Below, one piece after another: positions 46,628 through 54,118 of a stretch of 64,000 bases of DNA (within the stretch, counting starts at the first letter, position 1; each line of letters starts with the position of its first letter). The notes beneath the pieces are model-generated. The model ran no database searches. It was given only the letters and a program-made list of their open reading frames with translations, and had not been told where the DNA came from. Both the position numbers and the translations under genes were made by a program. This DNA comes from a virus (taxonomy: Duplodnaviria; Caudoviricetes): positions 18,144 through 82,143 of IMG/VR virus record IMGVR_UViG_3300034052_000013, one strand, 5' to 3'.

Positions 46628-48823
46628 GTTTTCCAAATTCGTTTTCAAACTCTAATTGCTTTTCAATTTCTAATAACAATTCGCTATACTCTAGCTCAGT
46701 TATATAACCTTTATTTACCATATAATCTAAAGCATCTAATTGTTCCCAATCATCCATATAGTCTTTGTATCTTTCAAAACTTTCTTTAGAAGTCAACCAA
46801 CTGTACGTTTCTTCATAATAAGATTCTATATCATCTTCTTCTTCACTTATTATAACTTCCTCTGAAGTCTCTAAAGAAATGTGTTTTGATGTTGGTATGT
46901 CTTTTGAACTTTTACTATTATCAGGGGTATAATCATAAATGTCCCAATCAGCATTTACATGCCAATCATAACGACTTGCATAATAATCTTCATAACTACT
47001 TTTACTTTTGTAATAAGAATTATAAGCGTCACTAATACCTGTACCATATTTTTTATATGAATACACTGCAGGAGCAGGTTTAGTAAAAGGATACACTTTA
47101 CACATTGTTTTAGCAATAGCTAAACAAAATTTTAAAGTTGCTTCTACTTCTTCAATTACTACATGTTCAAGGTCTGTATGAGGCTCATAATATCCACAAC
47201 TCATATTAAAACATGATATGTTTAAATTTACATAAAAAGCATCTGTACCTCCACCAACAACTTCTTTTCTATTATATGTTGTTAGTAATGGTTGTACGTC
47301 ATGTAAAAATTCATTAGACACTCGATATTGTCCTGAATATTGGCTTGCAAAATCTTCAATACCTTTTCTATCAATACCACCTAAAAAACGGCTGTTATCG
47401 AAGAATTTTGTATCAATGTTTTTAGAACCTATACCACCACACTCTTCTTGAGAAAAGAATACTATTTTAACATTCTTTAATTCTTCTAAAAGTCTAAGGC
47501 ATATATAGACGCCTGCTGTGTCCTTTTGTTATCGTAGAAGCTTTTTATCTCCTACTTCTTATAGTTTCCTATAAGTTCAGCATACATCTTCACCCTTACG
47601 GACTGTAAGGGGCTCCTCACTCGTGGGGATATTTTATTCTCTTACGAGGTTCAATCCCTATGCGTTACGGGGTTCATAATTTTTTAAAATTCTGAATTCC
47701 CTCGGTGTTAACATAGCTATTTCAAATGATTCTTTTTTTCTATGTAAATAGAAATCTGAATCTTTATAAAAAAAGTTATATAAACTTTTGATGTAAACAT
47801 TACTTGAAGTTTTTAGATTATAAACATCTTTTGGTGCTTCATAGTATAATTTAACATCTATGTTTAAATTAATTTGTAAATATTTTTGAATTTCAAATAA
47901 AAGATTTTTTGTCTTACTTGTTATACAAAAAGTAGATTTAACCCTTGGTAAATTATGTGCAGGTCTGTCATTTCTTTTACAAAGACTTGTACTTATAACT
48001 CCATCAGCATCAAAATAACCTCTTATAAAATGTCTCATTAACTCTTTACTTGTAATATTTTTAGGTAAACTTAAATTTTTATAAGTTTTATTCTGTTCAT
48101 AACCTAGGTTATGTAAAGAACGTACTAAATTTTTATTATCTATACACAAACAACTTTGGGGTTTAGTAATAAATTTTTTATTTCTAATAATCCTTTCACC
48201 ACCTTGTGTAATATATATTTTTGAATTACATGCAATATTTTTAATAAACCATTCTAAAATGTAATCATCTTCTTTTTTAACAGATACCTTCAAAGAATAT
48301 CTTATTCTACCTTTATTCTTATCACTATTAAGAGTAATACTTCCATCACCTACAAAAAATCCTAACAGGTATGCTTGTACTTCTGTATTAATATTTTCAA
48401 AAAATGTTTCACAAACTTTTTTCATATTTGTATATTTATATTTTATACAAATATACAAATTTTATTTTACTTTAGCGTTAGTCTCCTCCGATTTTGAGAA
48501 GTTTTTTACTATAAATTACTTTATAGGGAGACAACACGTCTATCTCCGCCTACACCTACCTGTTTATCTTTATCATCAACAGCAAATAAGCAACCATCTT
48601 GTTCAACTAAGTTAAAACCATTTGAATAAGCATGTACTGTATCCATATGACAGCAAAAAGTAGGGTATTGTTTAGCTTTTCCTTTTGTTACCATTATATT
48701 TCCATATAAATCTACTTCAGGAGATAAGCCCATATTTTTAAGAGTTTCTATTATATAAAATGCTCTTTTTGTTTCACTTTTGTTATTTGCTGGGTTAGCA
48801 AACACATCTTTAATTTCTATCAT
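46617..48823 (-). CDS. M20/M28-family zinc peptidase, spliced (exon 1 48823-48542, exon 2 47522-46617; 395 aa)
   Basis: CHMDTVH. Splicing GGA GAT|GAC ACA GCA GGC gives GGDDTAGV. QEECGGIGS, IDRK and GYYEPHT complete the M28 motif set, and 47522-47321 is open in frame. Confidence 0.88.
47658..48425 (-). CDS. Intron-encoded two-motif LAGLIDADG homing endonuclease
   Basis: AYLLGFFVGDGSI and FIRGYFDADGVI. ATG 48425 lies downstream of the promoter box. Confidence 0.85.
   Translation of the reverse strand: MKKVCETFFENINTEVQAYLLGFFVGDGSITLNSDKNKGRIRYSLKVSVKKEDDYILEWFIKNIACNSKIYITQGGERIIRNKKFITKPQSCLCIDNKNLVRSLHNLGYEQNKTYKNLSLPKNITSKELMRHFIRGYFDADGVISTSLCKRNDRPAHNLPRVKSTFCITSKTKNLLFEIQKYLQINLNIDVKLYYEAPKDVYNLKTSSNVYIKSLYNFFYKDSDFYLHRKKESFEIAMLTPREFRILKNYEPRNA
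48448..48455 (-). promoter_or_regulatory. Intron-internal -7 promoter box for the LAGLIDADG gene
   Basis: TATATTTG within TTGTATATTTGTATA, identical to the motif at 27461-27475. Confidence 0.65.
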
Positions 48824-48832
48824 ATTTTTTAT

Positions 48833-50605
48833 TTAAACTGTTAAATTGAATAAGGGTTGGGCTGTTATTTGGTATGAAGGTTCTGGTATTTGCACGGAAT
48901 ATGTTGTGTCAAGTGGTTCCCAAACACTTTCAAGTACTTCTTCTTCATCTTGTTTAACACTAAGAATTTCACAAGGATTACATAATTCACACAAATCTCT
49001 TTCACTAATTTCATGTAATGTTCCACAATTAGTACATTCTTGATATAATTCCTTACAATGAGGGCATACATCAATTTGTCCACAATCTGTTTCAAGTTGT
49101 ATTACATCCTCTTTTGCTACAATTAAGTCACAATGTTCACAATAAATGAAGTTTTCTAAAAAACAGTATTTACACATGCTTATATTTGTTTGATCATACA
49201 TTGTGTAATTATCTGCATCTTCATTTAAATAATATGTTTCACATTTTTCACAATAAATTGCTGCATCAGAAGTACAATCATCACACATAAAACCATAATT
49301 AGACACTCTATGACCATCATTACGATCATAATATTCATCACAGTGATTACAATAATAAATATCCTCTGCCTCAATACAGTTAGAACTACAATAACATCTA
49401 TCATCCCAAACGTATATAGCATCATCTGCACATATCGAATCTCCACAATGTTCGCAATCCACATAATCCCCATTTTCTCGACAACTACTACAAAAACACT
49501 CATCTGTATCTACATGAGACACTCTAATTCTAATAGTGTCTCCACATTCTTTACAAGGAACTTTGATATGTAAACACCCTCCAGTATCTCTTAAAATTTG
49601 GTCAGCAGCACTCCCATTACATTTTTCATGTGTTAAAGTCCCATTTTCTATATTGTAAAGATTTACTGAATCTAAATAAGGAGTCCCTTGTTGACCTAAG
49701 GAAACTTGTTCTGGAGTTAAAAAGACATAGTAAGGACCTATTTTAGGTGTATTTTGTAATGTTACAGGGTCTATCATGGCAATATAATGTGATGTATCTT
49801 GTAATCTGTGATACCAACCATTTTTAACAGCTAAGCTATGTAGTTTTTTCTGTACTGTTAAAGACCCGTAAACTCTATCAAGAAATTTTATCTCTTTATA
49901 ATCTTCTGCAGTTTTATCTGGAGAATTTTGAAGTGTCCAAAGTAAAGCTCTGTATAAGAGGCATCCTGACTCATCTGTTTGATAAACAACTTCACAAACA
50001 CCATCAAAAAATGGAGACCGCCTCTTACAAGAGTAGTCACTTTCAGGCCTCATACAAGAATTTTTTAAAATTCCTGCTAAAGCACTTGAAGAGGTTGGTG
50101 TATTATAAATTTTATGAACTTCTTTTGTTATTTGTGGTTTAATTACTGTGGTTTTATAAGATTTCAGTAAACTTGTTATTTGGTCAATTAATTCTGTCCT
50201 ACATTGTTCATACTGTTCAACATACCTTACAAGCTTACTTGAACGTTGATGTTGCATTACGTGATTTATAAAAGTGTTAACCTTAATAACTTGAGCTGTT
50301 GTTTTTTTAATTTTTCCTTTATGAGTTATTGATTTTTTATAGTTTAAGCTATAACCTAAAATATCTCCTTGTTTATCTATAGTAAAAAAGTTATGTGTAA
50401 ATTTAAAACGGTTTGAATTGTGACCTTGATGTTCTAAGCTCCAAATAGTGTCGTTATTATAAGAAGTATACAGACTGAGGCTCATTATAAAATCTTCTTT
50501 AGCCTGAAAACTGAAGTATTTTAGACTTTGTATCACCTGTAATAAATCATAAGATACGTAACAACGACTATCATAATTAGAAAATTGTTCAATATAATTT
50601 TTCAT
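48833..50605 (-). CDS. Multi-zinc-ribbon protein with SCM...RALLW...DRVY domain
   Basis: 590 aa, about twelve CxxC-type motifs in the C-terminal half (CKEC, CSSC, CEHC, CNHC, CDDC, CEKC, CKYC, CEHC, CPHC, CTNC, CELC). Confidence 0.7.
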   Translation of the reverse strand: MKNYIEQFSNYDSRCYVSYDLLQVIQSLKYFSFQAKEDFIMSLSLYTSYNNDTIWSLEHQGHNSNRFKFTHNFFTIDKQGDILGYSLNYKKSITHKGKIKKTTAQVIKVNTFINHVMQHQRSSKLVRYVEQYEQCRTELIDQITSLLKSYKTTVIKPQITKEVHKIYNTPTSSSALAGILKNSCMRPESDYSCKRRSPFFDGVCEVVYQTDESGCLLYRALLWTLQNSPDKTAEDYKEIKFLDRVYGSLTVQKKLHSLAVKNGWYHRLQDTSHYIAMIDPVTLQNTPKIGPYYVFLTPEQVSLGQQGTPYLDSVNLYNIENGTLTHEKCNGSAADQILRDTGGCLHIKVPCKECGDTIRIRVSHVDTDECFCSSCRENGDYVDCEHCGDSICADDAIYVWDDRCYCSSNCIEAEDIYYCNHCDEYYDRNDGHRVSNYGFMCDDCTSDAAIYCEKCETYYLNEDADNYTMYDQTNISMCKYCFLENFIYCEHCDLIVAKEDVIQLETDCGQIDVCPHCKELYQECTNCGTLHEISERDLCELCNPCEILSVKQDEEEVLESVWEPLDTTYSVQIPEPSYQITAQPLFNLTV

Positions 50606-50635
50606 TTTATTTAGTTTTTAATGTTATTTATTATT

Positions 50636-52510
50636 TTAATGTATTGAACCATAAGAAGTTCCTGTTTGAATTGAAATTTTAATTGGTACATTTAACTTTA
50701 AAAGATTATTTGTATCATTTATTGCTTCTTGTAGTAATTTATAAACTTCTTCTTTTTTTGTTTGAAGTGTATAAAGAAATATTTCATCATGGTATTCTAA
50801 AGGTATAATTAAACCCCTCTTAACACAATAAAATATGAACATGTCAAAAACAAAAACACCTGAACTCTGATTTAAAGTTGAAAAAATATCTTTCTTATTT
50901 TTTACATATAACCAAAGTTTAGAAATTGGATTAAATAACCATAATTGGTTATTAACTGTCTTTGTAATTACGTTATTCACTGTAAGCTTTACTGCTTTAT
51001 TTCGTTGCCAGTATATTTTATGCAAATTCTTAGCTTCTTGTAAAGGTATTCGAGCTGTTTCAGCAATTTTTGGAGCCCCTGCACCATAAACACATGCAAA
51101 ATTAACTTGTTTAGAAGTGCCACGTATTTTTTTAACTTTTTTAAAACGTGTTGTTTCTTCCTCTGTAAACTTATAAGAATTATCTTCTTCATAAGTTTTC
51201 TCATACCATTTATAATAGTCTGAATCTACTTCTTGTAAGAGGTTTGCTAATGTTGCAATATCTAAGTGAGCATCAAAACCTGGGACACGCATATCATTCA
51301 CATAATCTGGGTCAAAAAAATAAATGTAATGTTGTTTTGTAGAGTCTTCTAAAGCAGAAATATCTACACCAAACATTATATAATCTTTATTAGGTATTGT
51401 AAGACAATTTCTAATATCTTTTCCATAAGGTTTATCTGCCCCTGGCATATTAGCTATTGGTTTACAGTGTTGCCACCTAAGAGTGTTTGTTAATCCTTGA
51501 GCTCTACAATAAATTTTTAAATTGTTATCAGCAGTTTCTAAGAAACCTTCTAAAAATTTCTTTCGATGCTTTAACATGTAATAACTGTCTAACTCCTGTA
51601 CTACAGGATGTTGTTCAAATAAATCTTGAATAGATGGACAAAGACCTTGTCCAAAAGGTAATGATATTTGAGGAACTTTTTCACCTTTATCATTAATTTT
51701 AAAAGTTTGAGGTTCCCAACCTAATGAAAATAACCATGCTTTAAGTTGAGGTACACTATTAGGATTACCGTTTTCATAGATTATTGTTGTACCTTCAGGG
51801 AGATTAAGTATTTGGAGTTTTTTCATCCAATTCTCTCCTGCTAAAGATAAATTACCATCTTTCTTATACATTACTTTAGGAGCTTGATAAGAATTTTGCT
51901 TTGGTAAAATCTCAGCTAAAGCATTAAATTTAGAATCTATTAAAGGCTCTAGTTTTGAAATACTTTTAATGCATAAATTTAAGTCTAAATGTATACCATT
52001 TTCTTCTCTTACTAATAAATTTTGTAATTTAAAACTTAAGTAGTTTAGTATATAATCTGTATTACCTTCATATAATTCACTTAAGTAGGTTGTTAGATGT
52101 TCAAATAAGGTCGTATTAATCACAACATCTTGTTCACACCTTTTAACATACTCTTCTACAGATAAGTTTTCCCAATCGGTAACTTTAACTTTCTGAGTGT
52201 CAAACTCTAAACCCCAATCTTCAAGACTGTGTTTATCCCTTTCAGGATACATATACCATGAGATTATTAAGGTATCTATTGTTCTTTTTGGATATTCTAT
52301 TTGTAATATTTTTTTTAGTACTGGTAAATCATAAAGAATAATATTATGACCTACGAATATAACATCTTGTTTAAAGAAGTTTACAATATCTTTGTAATCT
52401 GTTAAACTGTTTTTCTCACCTGTTTCTATAACACGGTAGGAAAGACAGTGTATTTTAGACACTTCTTCTAAAAGACTATCTGTTTCTATGTCAAATATAA
52501 TTCTATTCAT
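50636..52510 (-). CDS. polA: Family A DNA polymerase (3'-5' exonuclease + polymerase)
   Basis: FDIETD ExoI, DISALE motif A, RGTSKQVNFACVYG motif B, YHDEI motif C. Confidence 0.95.
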   Translation of the reverse strand: MNRIIFDIETDSLLEEVSKIHCLSYRVIETGEKNSLTDYKDIVNFFKQDVIFVGHNIILYDLPVLKKILQIEYPKRTIDTLIISWYMYPERDKHSLEDWGLEFDTQKVKVTDWENLSVEEYVKRCEQDVVINTTLFEHLTTYLSELYEGNTDYILNYLSFKLQNLLVREENGIHLDLNLCIKSISKLEPLIDSKFNALAEILPKQNSYQAPKVMYKKDGNLSLAGENWMKKLQILNLPEGTTIIYENGNPNSVPQLKAWLFSLGWEPQTFKINDKGEKVPQISLPFGQGLCPSIQDLFEQHPVVQELDSYYMLKHRKKFLEGFLETADNNLKIYCRAQGLTNTLRWQHCKPIANMPGADKPYGKDIRNCLTIPNKDYIMFGVDISALEDSTKQHYIYFFDPDYVNDMRVPGFDAHLDIATLANLLQEVDSDYYKWYEKTYEEDNSYKFTEEETTRFKKVKKIRGTSKQVNFACVYGAGAPKIAETARIPLQEAKNLHKIYWQRNKAVKLTVNNVITKTVNNQLWLFNPISKLWLYVKNKKDIFSTLNQSSGVFVFDMFIFYCVKRGLIIPLEYHDEIFLYTLQTKKEEVYKLLQEAINDTNNLLKLNVPIKISIQTGTSYGSIH

Positions 52511-52522
52511 AATTTAAAAATT

Positions 52523-52552
52523 AAAAAAGAGGGGTGAAATACCCCTCTTTTT
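52523..52552 (-). terminator. Intrinsic terminator between SSB-like gene and polA
   Basis: AAAAAAGAGGGGT-GAAAT-ACCCCTCTTTTT. Confidence 0.8.
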
Positions 52553-52561
52553 ATTGTTAAT

Positions 52562-53038
52562 CTACACTTTTGCAAACTCTACAGCAGCCCTTTGTTCAAC
52601 TGCTACCTCATCTAATATCGTATCTCTATTAAGTTTACGACCACTAGACACAGGCATTGGGTTGTAACCCACTACTGCTAAAGCTTGTTCACCCTCTTTA
52701 GTTTCAATGTAATTTACATTTACTTCAACCATTTCGTTTTTTTGTGGTATATAGTCTCCGTCTCGTACTGAAGCTGTTAACATAGTCTTTTTTAAAGACT
52801 CGTCAATTGCACCTTCTTTCATGTGTGAACGAAACTTTGACAAATGGTATGGTGTACAACCTGCAAAATTTACTATACTAATTTGATGTTTACCTCCTGC
52901 AAGTTCTTTATGAACTTTACCAGTTGTTGCTAAATGTAAAACATCATTTGTTACTTTTAAGTGGTATTTTCCTGGAGTAGCCACTAATACTCTCGAAGCC
53001 ATAATTCTTTTAGCTCCATCAAAATCTACATTTTCCAT
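52562..53038 (-). CDS. Putative single-stranded DNA-binding protein
   Basis: 158 aa, beta-rich, immediately upstream of polA and followed by a strong terminator. Assignment rests mainly on position. Confidence 0.45.
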   Translation of the reverse strand: MENVDFDGAKRIMASRVLVATPGKYHLKVTNDVLHLATTGKVHKELAGGKHQISIVNFAGCTPYHLSKFRSHMKEGAIDESLKKTMLTASVRDGDYIPQKNEMVEVNVNYIETKEGEQALAVVGYNPMPVSSGRKLNRDTILDEVAVEQRAAVEFAKV

Positions 53039-53061
53039 AATTTTCTTTGTTAATTTCTCTT

Positions 53062-53343
53062 TTATTCGTAATATTCAAGTGTGTGTGTGTCATGATTTTC
53101 ATGATTTGTTCGTCTGTGATAAACAGATACCATTTTACTTTGTCTAGCCTCTGCCACTTCAATTTTATGGTTTAGTATACTAAGTTGTCTGTTTAAATTT
53201 TCTTCAAAACCTCCTGATTTTTCTATTTGAAAAAGTAAGGATGTTTGTTTAGCTTTCAACTCTCTTAATTGGTCTGCAACTAAGTTAAGAGTTTTCCTAC
53301 TTCTATAAGTTATACCTACAGATTTAAGACTGTCCAATTGCAT
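53062..53343 (-). CDS. Hypothetical coiled-coil protein
   Basis: 93 aa ORF. Confidence 0.5.
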   Translation of the reverse strand: MQLDSLKSVGITYRSRKTLNLVADQLRELKAKQTSLLFQIEKSGGFEENLNRQLSILNHKIEVAEARQSKMVSVYHRRTNHENHDTHTLEYYE

Positions 53344-53608
53344 CTAATTGGGTATTTAAGTTTTTACGACTTTCTTTTTGATATTTTTTCTTTAGGTTAG
53401 CGACTTTATCACTAGCCTGATCTCTATAAATTCTTTCTGGTTCATAAACTCTAGTGTAACCTTTATGATTTACTAGAAAATCTAATTTACCATTAGAACT
53501 GTTCCCTAATTGTGTACCAAATGGAATTTTTATATGTCCATTTTCGATATGTAAACCTTTACGTTGCAATTGTCCAATGACAGCAACTTCATCGTGTCTT
53601 CTTCCCAT
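53324..53608 (-). CDS. Hypothetical protein
   Basis: 94 aa, GKLDFLVNHKGY motif. Confidence 0.6.
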   Translation of the reverse strand: MGRRHDEVAVIGQLQRKGLHIENGHIKIPFGTQLGNSSNGKLDFLVNHKGYTRVYEPERIYRDQASDKVANLKKKYQKESRKNLNTQLDAIGQS

Positions 53609-53620
53609 GTTTTAAGTTTT

Positions 53621-53652
53621 AAAAAAAGTGGGTAGTCCTGCTACCCACTTTA
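53621..53652 (-). terminator. Intrinsic terminator
   Basis: AAAAGTGGGTAG-TCCTG-CTACCCACTTTT with a T-tract on the - strand. Confidence 0.8.
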
Positions 53653-53675
53653 TTATTTGTTTTTCTTTATAAAAA

Positions 53676-54083
53676 TTAGTCTTCTTTCTCTACTGGAATC
53701 TCTAATTTATCTAAAATTCCTTGAATAGTTTCTAACTTTTTAATTTGTTCTTTAAGATCTTTAATTTCAGCTTTTAAAGAATCTTCTTTGTCTACGATGT
53801 CTTGAAAATCTCCAAGAGCATCTATAATGTAGTTTTCAGCATACGCTTTTCTTTCTGTTGAACTTTTAATGGCTGAATCATTAATTTGAACTAAACTATC
53901 TTGGAAGTCAAAAAGAGCCTCATCTTTAGTCTCTTTTAACTCAGCTTCTAAATCAGCTATTTCGCCTTTTTTTAATCTGATTTGTTCTGCGATAGTTTTG
54001 TCAACTGCTTCTGCAAATAAGCTTACGTTTCTTTCAGTTGCATTTTTACGTACGTTTTTGATTTGTTTTGCTAAATTTTTCAT
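53676..54083 (-). CDS. Acidic coiled-coil protein
   Basis: ATG 54083 with A-rich leader and heptad pattern. Confidence 0.6.
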   Translation of the reverse strand: MKNLAKQIKNVRKNATERNVSLFAEAVDKTIAEQIRLKKGEIADLEAELKETKDEALFDFQDSLVQINDSAIKSSTERKAYAENYIIDALGDFQDIVDKEDSLKAEIKDLKEQIKKLETIQGILDKLEIPVEKED

Positions 54084-54118
54084 ATGAATAAAATTTAAAG
54101 TTAATAAATACATTTTAA

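Larger units (their letters stand above)
47523..48541 (-). mobile_element. Group I intron (1019 nt) in the peptidase gene, carrying a LAGLIDADG endonuclease
   Basis: P1 GGAGAT/GTCTCC with U.G, P3 CTTCTC/GAGGAG, P4 TCGG/CCGA, P7 GCATA/TATGC (R CCGTAACGCATAG, S AAGATGTATGC), P8 CCCTTAC/GTAAGGG, terminal G at 47523. Confidence 0.88.

Noticed and set aside
27461-48458. TTG starts giving MYICI N-termini (27461 and 48458)
   Set aside because: These are the promoter motif TTGTATATTTGTATA translated. Downstream ATGs at 27488 and 48425 are the likely starts.
46307-52510. 2-aminoadenine (Z) genome system (DUF5664-like gene plus PolA)
   Set aside because: No PurZ-like synthetase or HD-type dATPase in the window. 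DUF5664-like genes are common without Z-DNA.
35870-52510. Inteins in DnaB, SF2 helicase or PolA
   Set aside because: No C/S...HN splice motifs or unexplained in-frame insertions. The LAGLIDADG gene is a separate ORF inside an RNA intron.
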